Assembly (NCBI GenBank): GCA_965235115.1
Contig: OZ249436.1
Span: 37,884,001 to 37,948,000, forward strand
Source of the DNA: Laetmonice hystrix
Lineage: Eukaryota
Length of the DNA: 64,000 nucleotides
Reading direction: 5' to 3'
Shown one piece after another: positions 1 through 11,840 of this stretch. Made by a program: the position numbers and the translations under genes. Position 1 is the stretch's first letter, and every line of letters begins with the position of its first letter. The notes beneath the pieces are model-generated. The model had not been told where the DNA came from. It saw only the letters and a list, made by a program, of their open reading frames with translations, and made no database searches.

Positions 1-276
1 GTACATGGTGGAAGTTGGTAGACCTTATGTATTTATAACACTGAAAGCCCCCAGAAAACAAACTGAGATTTTAACTTTTTATAGGCCTATAGGCATTAAC
101 TTTGGTAACACGAAATATGGAAATTTAATCACAGAAAGTATATTTCGAAACAGGGAGTTTGAAAGTCCATATAACAGTATAATTAAGATTTAGGCCTATC
201 TAAAAGCGATTGATGGCAATCCATAGGGTGTCTCGAGGCGAGATGGGTGTTTCAGGACTCTGCCATTCATTATTAA

Positions 277-543
277 AGTGGTATTCCAAATTCCTCAGAT
301 CTTTGGTCTTTGAACACCAGTGACACACCATGGTAAAATTTCAGGTTCGAGCGATACTAAAGCGAGAGTAGATTTATTTGTAAAATGGTGTTATGTTAGG
401 GCCCTGATGAGTTACGGTTCGGTCCGACCGTTATTTTCTGAAGCCAGAGCAGGCTGGTATTTAGCGGTAATCTATTTATAGATAATGTCAAAATTGCATC
501 CATTCCATTTTTAAAATACCTTTGACGAATTTGGTTTGCCACT
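277..543. mobile_element. Small TTAA-flanked MITE (Kolobok-type termini)
   Basis: TTAA at 273-276 and 544-547. Imperfect TIR AGTGGTATTCCAAATTC vs revcomp of right end AGTGGCAAACCAAATTC (14/17). Confidence 0.65.
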
Positions 544-602
544 TTAAAGGTGCAGTCCACTGCTTGCGTGTCTCTACTATCAGATGTTTTAAAATAAATA
601 CC

Positions 603-668
603 CGCCCGATGAGGGACTCGAACCCGCGACCCTCAGATTAAAAGTCTGATGCTCTACCGACTGAGCTA
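603..668 (-). pseudogene. 5'-truncated tRNA-Lys(UUU), positions ~8-73, interrupted by a transposon end
   Basis: Revcomp reads TAGCTCAGTCGGTAGAGCATCAGACTTTTAATCTGAGGGTCGCGGGTTCGAGTCCCTCATCGGGCG, with D arm, anticodon stem TCAGA/TCTGA around TTT, T-loop, and a T4 terminator at 591-594. The 5' acceptor strand (GCCCGG..) is replaced by CCCCAGCT. Confidence 0.92.
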
Positions 669-749
669 AAGCTGGGGGATAAAGGACTGTACGAAAGGGG
701 GGAAAAGAGGGGGGAAAGGGGGCAAAAGGGAAGAGAGAAAAGGAACGAA

Positions 750-2835
750 ACTTGGTCAAATTCACCTCCACCCGACGCCTTACTTTGAGCCCTTTACGGC
801 CTGGAGGAACATCGGAGTGTAACCAGCCCCCCTTCCAGGATATAATGAAGGAGTGTGCCAAAAAAAGAAGTTGGCACAAAAAGTGTAAGGGGCCGAAAAA
901 GTGCCCCAAACTTGGCCTTTCCCGCCGATACTGTAGCCAATATAGGGATTCATCTCCACCCGACGCCTTGCTGTGAGCCCTTTCCGGCCTGGAGGAACAT
1001 CGGAGTGTAACCAGCCCCCCTTCCAGGACATAATAAAGGGGTGTGCGAAAAAGCAAGTTGGCACAAAAAGTGTAAGGCGCCGAAAAATTGCCCCAAACAT
1101 GGCCTTCTCCGCCGATACTGTAACCAGTATGGGGAAATTTACGTAAACCCGACCCTTTACTGTGAGCCCTTAACGGCCTGGAGGAACATCGGAGTGTAAC
1201 CAGTCCCCCTTCCAGGACATAATGAAGGGGTGTGCCAAAAAAGAAGTTTAAACAAAAAGTGTAAGGGGCAGAAAAATTATTCGAAACTTGGCCAAATTCA
1301 CCTTCACCCGACGCCTTACTATGAGTCCTTTATGGCCTGGAGGAACATCGGAGTGTAACCAGCCCCCCTTCCAGGACATAATGAAGGAGTGTGCCAAAAA
1401 GGAAGGTGGCACAAAAAGTGTAAGGGGCAGACAAATTGCCCCAAATTTGGCCTTTTCCGCCCATACTCTAAGCAATATGGGGAAAAATTTACCTAAACCC
1501 GATCCCTTACTATGAGCCCTTTACGGCCTGGAGGAACATCGGAGTGTAACCAGCCCCCCTTCCAGGACATAATGAAGAGGTGTGCCAAAAAAGAAGTTGG
1601 CACAAAAAGTGTAAGGGGCGGAAAAAGTGCCCCAAACTTGGCCTTCCCCGCCGATACTATAGCCAATATAGGGAAATTCACCTCCACCCGACGCCTTACT
1701 GTGAGCCCTTGACGGCCTAAAGAAACATCGGAGTGTAACCAGTCCCCCTTCCAAGACATAATGAAGGGGTGTGCGAAAAAGCAAGTTGGCACAAAAAGTG
1801 TAAGGCGCCGAAAAATTGCCCCAAACATGGCCTTCTCCGCCGATACTGTAACCAGTATGGGGAAATTTACGTAAACCCGACCCTTTACTGTAAGCCCTAG
1901 ACGGTCTGGAGGAACATCGGAGTGTAACCAGTCCCCCTTCCAGGACATAATGAAGGGGTGTGCCAAAAAAGAAGTTTAAACAAAAAGTGTAAGGAGCCAA
2001 AAGATTGCCCCAAACTTTGCCTTCTCCGCCCATACTATAACCAATATAGGGAAATTCACCTCCACCGGACGCCTTACTATGAGCCCTTTACGGCCTGGAG
2101 GAACATCGGAGTATAACTAGCCCCTTTTCCAGGACATAATAAAGGGGTGTACGGAAAAAGAAGTTGGCACAAAAAGTGTAAGGGGCCGAAAAATTGCCCC
2201 AAACTAGGCTTTCTCCGCCCATACTCTAAGCAATATGGGGAAATTTACCTTGACCCGACCCCTTACTATGAGCCCTTTACGGCCTGGAGGAACATCGGAG
2301 TGTAACCAGCCCCCCTTCCAGAACATGATGAAGGAGTGTGCCAAAAAGGAAGGTGGCACAAAAAGTGTAAGGGGCAGACAAATTGCCCCAAATTTGGCCT
2401 TTTCCGCCCATACTCTAAGCAATATGGGGAAAAATTTACCTAAACCCGATCCCTTACTATGAGCCCTTCACGGCCTGGAGGAACATCGGAGTGTAACCAG
2501 CCCCCCTTCCAGGACATAATGAAGAGGTGTGCCAAAAAAGAAGTTGGCACAAAAAGTGTAAGGGGCAGAAAAAGTGCCCCAAACTTGGCCTTCCCCGCCG
2601 ATACTATAGCCAATATAGGGAAATTCACCTCCACCCGACGCCTTACTGTGAGCCCTTGACGGCCTGAAGAAACATCGGAGTGTAACCAGCCCCCCTTCAA
2701 GGACATAATGAAGGGGTGTGCCAAAAAAGAAGTTGGCACAAAAAGTGTAAGGGGCAGAAAAATTGCTCCAAACTTGGCTTTCTCCGTTGATACTCTAACC
2801 AATATGCGGAAATTTACCTAAACCCCATCCTTTAA
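750..2835. repeat. ~189-bp subterminal tandem repeat, ~11 copies (left arm)
   Basis: The motif GGAGGAACATCGGAGTGTAACC recurs at 803, 991, 1180, 1339 (short unit), 1530, 1719, 1908, 2097, 2286 and onward. Confidence 0.95.
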
Positions 2836-2868
2836 TGTGGGTTTATAATCGTAAACAAAACACTTTAA

Positions 2869-3208
2869 AGGTGCTATTCGTGAACAAAAATTCAATTTTT
2901 TTATTTTTAATTTTGTTGACGTTTATGTGATCCCATCTATCATGGAAATAGGTTCACAACAAAGGAAATCAAAATTTTTCATGGATAACGGCACAAATGG
3001 GGCTCTCTCAGAAGGCCTGTGGAGACCCTGACACGCCCCACCATAGGAAATGGCTCTATCTCGGTGCGCACCGAGATAGGTTTCAAATGCTGCACACAAA
3101 CTAATAGAAGGTTTATCAGGCCAATGGTATCGGTAGGAATTTTTTCTAGTACTATGTGCACAATGTATGATAGGAGAAATGCCATTCTGTGCGAGACGAA
3201 TAGCACCT
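2869..3208. mobile_element. 340-bp TTAA MITE (Kolobok-type) nested in left arm
   Basis: TTAA|AGGTGCTATTCGT ... ACGAATAGCACCT|TTAA (perfect 13-bp TIR). Internal palindrome CTATCTCGGTGCGCACCGAGATAG. Confidence 0.85.
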
Positions 3209-3539
3209 TTAAGACCCTAGCCTAGATTGAAATCAGTATTTCTTTACTGTCTGTAATAGCTACCATTGTTTGAACTCTTCAAAGGATTTGAATCTGGGAT
3301 CGTTCGGGCAATACTTTTCCCATCTTATTTGACTGTGGCCTGACTCATTTCAATGTTAAACAAATGCATAAAGTAATTCTAAGAACATTTATTACTCAAA
3401 CTGTAACTTGTCACATACCAACAGTGTTGGAACAACCTCCGGCTACACACTTTGGCATTTCGCAGGCTGAGACATGATTGAAACATTTAAGATATCGACA
3501 GAAAAATATCACATGGATGTCACAGAGGGCCTTTGAGAC

Positions 3540-3735
3540 TGACGGAATGCAGCGAAACAAGAGGCCACACAGCGTAAAAATATTTAAGGAGCGACTCCGA
3601 CTTGACTGCAGAAAATTTTCATTCGCTTATAGAGTGTCTGACCCCTCGAACAGCATCACAGAACATATATTACACCATCAGTACAAGTTTTTGAATGAAG
3701 ACTAGATAAATATTGGAAGAATCACAACTTTATGT
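3540..3735 (+). mobile_element. Degenerate 3' end of a CR1/L2-type LINE ORF2 (mirrored at ~6075-6270)
   Basis: Translation HSVKIFKERLRLDCRKFSFAYRVSDPSNSITEH followed by a RLDKYW motif resembles the conserved CR1-group RT C-terminus (recognised from memory of the family pattern). Confidence 0.65.
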
Positions 3736-4561
3736 ACAACTTTAGAGCTCTCCCAACTCTTGATCATGTACAAACACTATTACTACCATCAAGTAGTTTT
3801 CAAATAATGAGCTGGCATAAGAGATCTTATATGTTTTGTTTCATCACACGATGGTTCTTGTGTATGCTGGGTGTAATCACCCCATAACTTAAACATAGCC
3901 ATATATTGGCAGCTTCCATATCGACCACACCACAAGGACTGTCAGCATCCACTACCTTAACCCCTAAATATAAACAATACAATCTCAGCATATGTCACTC
4001 CATCTTTAAAGTATTGTAGTTGTATACACAGAAATTCCACTTTCTTGTATACTCCAAGTATATTCCATCCATTATGTAATAACACCATCACTCCTTGAAG
4101 GTTTACATATAACTTATGCTTTGATTGTTTGTAATCTTTTCTTTGTAACACTTCCTCTGTCAAACCACCTATCCGCTTGGTCACATGACTTTAATATTAG
4201 TCATTGGCTACAATCTATCCTCCAACCAGGAACATGTACAATACAAGTATTTGAACGAAGACTAGATAAATATTGGAAGAATCACAACTTTATGTACAGT
4301 GAACCAAACACTTTTTTGCAAACTTAACATATGAACTCTGCCTTTGAGCTTTGCCTCTGCGTTTCAATCAAAAATCATGTTAGTCATGGCAGTGCACCCT
4401 ATTTAAATGGTTGAGGTAAACAAACAACTTTACAGAATTCAAGATGCCAACTCTTTGGCAAAATTTCAACACGGAAAATTCAGCCAAAGACAATGCTATG
4501 TGCTATTGCATTCAAAAAATGCTGCTTTGCTTTAATAACACATCAAAATTTCTGAGCTAAC

Positions 4562-4768
4562 CTTGTGATAACCACAGCTGCATACGACATCTCGACCAAA
4601 CAGATCTTTACTTTTTCCTTGGCCTGGACAGTTCTTGATTTTTTCATATTCTTGTCGCCACGTGCTGTTTTTCGGTGGTACCTGGCCACGGCGAACTTTA
4701 AATGTGCCATTGGCAAAGCCCTTGAGGCGCGTCAGCCATTCTTTCTCACTGGGTCCCTCTTTTGGCAT
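4562..4768 (-). CDS. Orphan first coding exon (69 aa), putative transposase N-terminus
   Basis: Acceptor tttgcag at 4788, 19-nt UTR, ATG at 4768, MPKEGPSEKEWLTRLKGFANG...WRQEYEKIKNCP...CSCGYHK, then donor AAG|GTTAG at 4561. A candidate upstream donor GAG|GTAAAC lies at 4898. No downstream exons are seen. Confidence 0.6.
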
Positions 4769-6603
4769 GATTGATGATATCCAGGATCTGCAAATATAGT
4801 CAGGAAATAAAAACTAATTCTCCTGTCTTCTTGAATTTTAATTCTTGAAATTTTGCCAAAGAGTTGGCATCTTGAATTCTGTAAAGTTGTTTGTTTACCT
4901 CAACCATTTAAATAGGGTGCACTGCCATGACTAACATGATTTTTGATTGAAACGCAGAGGCAAAGCTCAAAGGCAGAGTTCATATGTTAAGTTTGCAAAA
5001 AAGTGTTTGGTTCACTGTACATAAAGTTGTGATTCTTCCAATATTTATCTAGTCTTCGTTCAAATACTTGTATTGTACATGTTACTGGTTGGAGGATAGA
5101 TTGTAGCCAATGACTAATATTAAAGTCATGTGACCAAGCGGATAGGTGGTTTGACAGAGGAAGTGTTACAAAGAAAAGATTACAAACAATCAAAGCATAA
5201 GTTATATGTAAACCTTTAAGGAGTGATGGTGGTATTACATAATGGATGGAATATACTTGGAGTATACAAGAAAGTGGAATTTCTGTGTATACAACTACAA
5301 TACTTTAAAGATGGAGTGACATATGCTGAGATTGTATTGTTTATATTTAGGGGTTAAGGTAGTGGATGCTGACAGTCCTTGTGGTGTGGCCGATATATGG
5401 AAGCTGCCAATATATATATGGCTATGTTTAAGTTATGGGGTGATTACACCCAGCATATACACAAGAAACAGTCGTGTGATGAAACAAAACATATAAGATC
5501 TCTTATGCCAGCTCATTATTGGAAAACTTGATGGTAGTAATAGTGTTTGTACATGATTAAGAGTTGGGAGAGCTCTAAAGTTGTACATAAAGTTGTAATT
5601 GTAGCCAATGACTAATATTAAAGTCATGTGACCAAGCGGATAGGTGGTTTGACAGAGGAAGTGTTACAAAGAAAAGATTACAAACAATCAAAGCATAAGT
5701 TATATGTAAACCTTCAAGGAGTGATGGTGTTATTACATAATGGATGGAATATACTTGGAGTATACAAGAAAGTGGAATTTCTGTGTATACAACTACAATA
5801 CTTTAAAGATGGAGTGACATATGCTGAGATTGTATTGTTTATATTTAGGGGTTAAGGTAGTGGATGCTGACAGTCCTTGTGGTGTGGTCGATATGGAAGC
5901 TGCCAATATATGGCTATGTTTAAGTTATGGGGTGATTACACCCAGCATACACAAGGACCATCGTGTGATGAAACAAAACATATAAGATCTCTTATGCCAG
6001 CTCATTATTGGAAAACTACTTGATGGTAGTAATAGTGTTTGTACATGATCAAGAGTTGGGAGAGCTCTAAAGTTGTACATAAAGTTGTGATTCTTCCAAT
6101 ATTTATCTAGTCTTCATTCAAAAACTTGTACTGATGGTGTAATATATGTTCTGTGATGCTGTTCGAGGGGTCAGACACTCTATAAGCGAATGAAAATTTT
6201 CTGCAGTCAAGTCGGAGTCGCTCCTTAAATATTTTTACGCTGTGTGGCCTCTTGTTTCGCTGCATTCCGTCAGTCTCAAAGGCCCTCTGTGACATCCATG
6301 TGATATTTTTCTGTCGATATCTTAAATGTTTCAATCATGTCTCAGCCTGCGAAATGCCAAAGTGTGTAGCCGGAGGTTGTTCCAACACTGTTGGTATGTG
6401 ACAAGTTACAGTTTGAGTAATAAATGTTCTTAGAATTACTTTATGCATTTGTTTAACATTGAAATGAGTCAGGCCACAGTCAAATAAGATGGGAAAAGTA
6501 TTGCCCGAACGATCCCAGATTCAAATCCTTTGAAGAGTTCAAACAATGGTAGCTATTACAGACAGTAAAGAAATACTGATTTCAATCTAGGCTAGGGTCT
6601 TAA

Positions 6604-6943
6604 AGGTGCTATTCGTCTCGCACAGAATGGCATTTCTCCTATCATACATTGTGCACATAGTACTAGAAAAAATTCCTACCGATACCATTGGCCTGATAAA
6701 CCTTCTATTAGTTTGTGTGCAGCATTTGAAACCTATCTCGGTGCGCACCGAGATAGAGCCATTTCCTATGGTGGGGCGTGTCAGGGTCTCCACAGGCCTT
6801 CTGAGAGAGCCCCATTTGTGCCGTTATCCATGAAAAATTTTGATTTCCTTTGTTGTGAACCTATTTCCATGATAGATGGGATCACATAAACGTCAACAAA
6901 ATTAAAAATAAAAAAATTGAATTTTTGTTCACGAATAGCACCT
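6604..6943. mobile_element. 340-bp TTAA MITE nested in right arm (mirror of 2869-3208)
   Basis: TTAA at 6600-6603 and 6944-6947, same 13-bp TIR. Confidence 0.85.
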
Positions 6944-6974
6944 TTAAAGTGTTTTGTTTACGATTATAAACCCA

Positions 6975-8660
6975 CATTAAAGGATGGGGTTTAGGTAAAT
7001 TTCCGCATATTGGTTAGAGTATCAACGGAGAAAGCCAAGTTTGGAGCAATTTTTCTGCCCCTTACACTTTTTGTGCCAACTTCTTTTTTGGCACACCCCT
7101 TCATTATGTCCTTGAAGGGGGGCTGGTTACACTCCGATGTTCCTCCAGGCCGTCAAGGGCTCACAGTAAAGGGTCGGGCTTACGTAAATTTGCCCATTTT
7201 GGTTACAGTATCGGCGGAAAAGGCCAAGTTTCGGGCAATTTGTCTGCCCTTACACTTTTTGTGCCAACTTGCTTTTTCGCACATCCCTTTATTATGTCCT
7301 GGAAAAGGGGCTAGTTATACTCCGACGTTCCTCCAGGCCGTAAAGGGCTCATAGTAAGGCGTCCGGTGGAGGTGAATTTCCCTATATTGGTTATAGTATG
7401 GGCGGAGAAGGCAAAGTTTGGGGCAATTTTTTGGCTCCTTACACTTTTTGTTTAAACTTTCTTTTTGGCACACCCCTTAATTATGCCGTGGAAGGGGGAC
7501 TGGTTACACTCCGATGTTCCTCCAGGCCGTCAAGGGCTCACAGTAAAGGGTCGGGTTACAGTATCGGCGGAGAAGGCCATGTTTGGGGCAATTTTTCGGC
7601 GCCTTACAATTTTTGTGCCAACTTCCTTTTTCGCACACCCCTTCATTATGTCTTGGAAGGGGGACTGGTTACACTCCGATGTTTCTTCAGGCCGTCAAGG
7701 GCTCACAGTAAGGCGTCGGGTGGAGGTGAATTTCCCTATATTGGCTATAGTATCGGCGGGGAAGGCCAAGTTTGGGGCACTTTTTCTGCCCCTTACACTT
7801 TTTGTGCCAACTTCTTTTTTGGCACACCTCTTCATTATGTCCTGGAAGGGGGGCTGGTTACACTCCGATGTTCCTCCAGGCCGTAAAGGGCTCATAGTAA
7901 GGGATCGGGTTTAGGTAAATTTTTCCCCATATTGCTTAGAGTATGGGCGGAAAAGGCCAAATTTGGGGCAATTTGTCTGCCCCTTACACTTTTTGTGCCA
8001 CCTTCCTTTTTGGCACACTCCTTCATTATGTCCTGGAAGGGGGGCTGGTTACACTCCGATGTTCCTCCAGGCCATAAAGGACTCATAGTAAGGCGTCGGG
8101 TGAAGGTGAATTTGGCCAAGTTTCGAATAATTTTTCTGCCCCTTACACTTTTTGTTTAAACTTCTTTTTTGGCACACCCCTTCATTATGTCCTGGAAGGG
8201 GGACTGGTTACACTCCGATGTTCCTCCAGGCCGTTAAGGGCTCACAGTAAAGGGTCGGGTTTACGTAAATTTCCCCATACTGGTTACAGTATCGGCGGAG
8301 AAGGCCATGTTTGGGGCAATTTTTCGGCGCCTTACACTTTTTGTGCCAACTTGCTTTTTCGCACACCCCTTTATTATGTCCTGGAAGGGGGGCTGGTTAC
8401 ACTCCGATGTTCCTCCAGGCCGGAAAGGGCTCACAGCAAGGCGTCGGGTGGAGATGAATCCCTATATTGGCTACAGTATCGGCGGGAAAGGCCAAGTTTG
8501 GGGCACTTTTTCGGCCCCTTACACTTTTTGTGCCAACTTCTTTTTTTGGCACACTCCTTCATTATATCCTGGAAGGGGGGCTGGTTACACTCCGATGTTC
8601 CTCCAGGCCGTAAAGGGCTCAAAGTAAGGCGTCGGGTGGAGGTGAATTTGACCAAGTTTC
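6975..8660. repeat. ~189-bp subterminal tandem repeat, ~9 copies (right arm)
   Basis: Reverse complement of the 750-2835 array, about two units shorter. Confidence 0.95.
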
Positions 8661-8738
8661 GTTCCTTTTCTCTCTTCCCTTTTGCCCCCTTTCCCCCCTC
8701 TTTTCCCCCCTTTCGTACAGTCCTTTATCCCCCAGCTT

Positions 8739-8804
8739 TAGCCCAGTCGGTAGAGCATGGGACTCTTAATCCCAGGGTCGTGGGTTCGAGCCCCACATTG
8801 GGCG
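8739..8804 (+). pseudogene. 5'-truncated tRNA-Lys(CUU), positions ~8-73, interrupted by a transposon end
   Basis: TAGCCCAGTCGGTAGAGCATGGGACTCTTAATCCCAGGGTCGTGGGTTCGAGCCCCACATTGGGCG, with anticodon stem TGGGA/TCCCA around CTT and TTTT at 8809-8812. The 5' acceptor strand is missing and the D stem has one mismatch. Confidence 0.92.
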
Positions 8805-8966
8805 AATATTTTACTGTGCTGCTTCTACAAAGCATGGGAGGAATCACCTTGCAAGGACGCAATTCGATGAAAAGGGGTTGTTAGGGAATATGTAGCGATT
8901 TTCACTGAGGCAGCTTTCCATGTAGTCTATGACGAAGTTACTATGTGCAAGGATCCGTAGCTGTAA

Positions 8967-10230
8967 TTATCCCATCATCACGGAGGGGATGGGATTTTGA
9001 AATTGTAGTTGTTAACCGTTGTAAACACTATGTCATAACTCGGTTGTTTTTCCAGATATCTCAACCAAACTTGGTACGCAATCTGACCATGACGAAGTCT
9101 TTTCAGACACTGAGTCCTTACATCATGTGCGTCACGTCGTGACGTCAAATTTTTGGGACTTTGGTGGCCATTTTTAAAGTTCATATTGGGAATTTAGAAT
9201 ATCTATCATGGAGTTTTGATGAGGCAAGGGTCTTGCCTAAGACTAACCCTCCATTTGACCTTTGACCTTTGACCTGAGGGAGAACTGGGTCCTAGGTCGT
9301 AAATCGGTTAAATCACTACTCCTTCCTCATTTTTTGGTAAAATTTGACAATATTGGGCAGAAGGACTCTCCAACAAGAGCTCCTCAAAAGTTATTTAAGG
9401 GATAATCGATTTGACCTATTTTCGCTGAGTCACGTGACGCTGAATTTGTGAACAGTGCCTAGTTTAGATATTTATGGCTATAACTCGAAAATGAGGGCCA
9501 TAAAGGGCCATGTTTACTATTGTAGACAAATAGGAAGTCATATGTTCTTTCGTTTGGCACCATTTTTCTTAAGGATTTAGCCTATTTTCGCCGAACCACG
9601 TGACTTTGAAGTTTTGAAGTTGGGTCATTTGGAAGAGTCCTGGGTGTAACGCTTGAAAGATTTAAGACAAAGCCTTAATTGTTCATGAACTGTATAAAGG
9701 TGTATGTCCTCTTGGATTACATCATTGGCATCTTCCAAGGCTTCTAAGTTTTAAGCCATTCCAGAAAGAGCTATACTTAGCGCTCTATCCTTCGACACCA
9801 TTATTTTTTAGGTCTATAGCGTCAGAAGGATGTCTATGTTTTAGCATGGTTGGCGTTAGAGACATAGTTAATATTAAACACTAATAGGAAGTCATATATG
9901 ATCTTTCACTTGACAATTTTTACGTGACGTGACCCATTACTTCATAAGGTGTCATAGGTATTTTTCTCAGGGCTATAACTTGTAAATGGTAGAAGTTAGG
10001 GCTATAGTTACTCTTAAACACTAATAGGAAGATATACATGCTCTTTCATTTGAGACCAAGATTTATTACGTAGCCTGTCGTGCCACCTCATAATTACGTC
10101 ATTGACATCTTCTAAATCTTATAAGTCATTAACTGCACCAGATTGAAGCATAGTTTACCCTACTCAGAACATGTCATATATTACGTGACTCCCCGGGGAT
10201 GGGATCAATTGTCGCCACAACGTGTCTAGT
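8967..10230 (+). mobile_element. Non-autonomous Helentron/HINE-like element
   Basis: 5' ATCCCATC (8969) with nearby inverted GATGGGAT (8988), a second GATGGGAT at 10198, a short hairpin TTGT..ACAA, and a CTAG end in T-rich context. This is the DINE-1/HINE architecture. Confidence 0.6.
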
Positions 10231-11157
10231 TTCCTATTGTCCAACTGCTGATTCCAACTAGGAATTCATTGTCCGCACAGTCCAAAGGCCACACACACAC
10301 ACCCAGGCTCTGAGCGGACGGATGATGAAACTGGCAGAAAAAAATGGATGATCTGGAGATCTGGTAGAACTGAAGATGACGGCGGAGACCAAGTCGATGG
10401 TGATGCCATGGTGATATTCAATCGTTCAGAGCCGTCTGCACTATGTGAAAGTTCCCTCATTCTCAGAAGAGCGGTTCTCCTTGTAGGATATAAATGGTGA
10501 AGTCCAATAGTTGATATATATATGCTAGCTTGATAGCTTAGCTAACTCCTTGGAGTTCAAATAATATGCTAGTATATAGCAGAGTCCAAAGTGGACATAT
10601 GTTCACAGCTGAGTTGTCGATGGTTCCCTCTCCTGAATACTAGGCATGGGGAACATTAACCTTTATAACCCTGGGTGATTATTTAATTGGTCCAATGAAA
10701 CTGACCAATAGCTGGACCGGCTACAGTAAGGTTGTATATTTTTAATGAGTCGAGCACGTGCGGTGAGCGGTGGTAAAGTGACACTTGTAAGGTTCTAGAC
10801 ATATAGTGGCGGCTAGTGGGGCTAAATACAATAGAACCCAGCGCGAGGTAATACAAATAGCCTTGGGCCGAAGCCGGAAATCTTTACAATGGGTGTGGGT
10901 ATTAGCCGTTTTCATTTGGTAATCTTTGTAATCGTAGTTTTGAACTTTCAATCGCTGGTTTCGCAGTTTTGAAATTGTGTTTATCATTTTCGATAATTTT
11001 GTCTTTTCTGATTTGTACATGTAGTCCACTCTAAAAAATATCTAGTCTCTTTTTGACCAGATCGCCTGATCACTTTTTTAAAACTATAAACGTGTTATTT
11101 TGATGAGAAGTTCTATTACTTTTCACATGAATATAGGATCAAATTAGAATGGTGCAC

Positions 11158-11294
11158 GGACATTTGGGCCACGGACATATGGGCCACGGACGTTTTGGGC
11201 CACGAACCTGCAACGTAGGAGATTTTGGCCACGTGGTTACGGTTAGGGTGCAGGTGCAGGTTCGTGGCCCAAAACGTCCGTGGCCCAAATGTCC
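11158..11294. mobile_element. Small palindromic MITE-like element
   Basis: GGACGTTTTGGGCCACGAACCTGCA ... TGCAGGTTCGTGGCCCAAAACGTCCGTGGCCCAAATGTCC form inverted arms around GGTTACGGTTAGGG. Confidence 0.6.
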
Positions 11295-11634
11295 TGCAAT
11301 GTTCCTGTTAAATATTTTGACTAGGTATTTTTAAGTGTGTCGTTTTTGCTCTTGCAAACTTGTTTTAGCTTTTGAATACATCGGTTTCGATTTGTATAAA
11401 TTTGTGGTTTTTATTTTGTATTTTGTTTTTGGCCATTGAATTCATGGTTTTATGTTTGCGTTCGTCGCTTCTTATTTTGGATTTCTAGTTTTTAAAAATA
11501 TTTGTATTTGAGTTTGGCACTAACTGGCCACCATAGTTTGGCGGAACACAGTAAACGCATGCGCCGTAGGGCCTATACATAATATTTCACCAATGTATAT
11601 AATTTCACCAATGTGTAGTTTAAACAACATTACT

Positions 11635-11840
11635 CAGGACTGTAGCCAGGGGGTGTATGTAACCCCCCCCCCCCTTCATGCCAAAGAAAAAAATCATTAA
11701 TGGTCATCAATACATTATATGGTCATCAAAGATGTCCACCATACATGGCTTCACTCGCTATTTAGGGGCCTACACAATGCCTATAGGCCTATTATATCTG
11801 TACCCCCTCCCCCCTGTATCACCCCCTGGCTACAACCCTA
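11635..11840. mobile_element. Short MITE-like element
   Basis: Inverted termini TGTAGCCAGGGGG ... CCCCCTGGCTACA. Confidence 0.5.

Larger units (their letters stand above)
669..8738. mobile_element. 8.1-kb foldback structure: two inverted copies of a tRNA-targeting DNA transposon end (Dada-like)
   Basis: Arms 669-4469 and 4845-8738 are near-identical reverse complements (mirrored ORFs in the track), with a unique spacer at 4470-4844. Both outer termini (AAGCTGGGGGATAAAGGACTGTACG..) abut tRNA-Lys at the TAGC of the A box. Confidence 0.8.

Noticed and set aside
400..450. CTGATGA as a hammerhead ribozyme core (also CTGACGA at ~23510)
   Set aside because: No correctly placed GAAA or supporting stems.
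603..668. Functional tRNA or tRNA-derived SINE head (also 8739-8804)
   Set aside because: The acceptor stem cannot form, and a T4 terminator follows directly with no SINE body.
4552..4562. GGTTAGCTCAG (minus) resembling the tRNA target site
   Set aside because: Only 11 nt, it coincides with the splice donor, and no further tRNA sequence follows. Likely chance.
669..8738. Palindrome as a fold-back sequencing artefact
   Set aside because: The arms differ by indels and copy number, and end in different tRNA genes with different flanks. A read chimera would mirror identical sequence.
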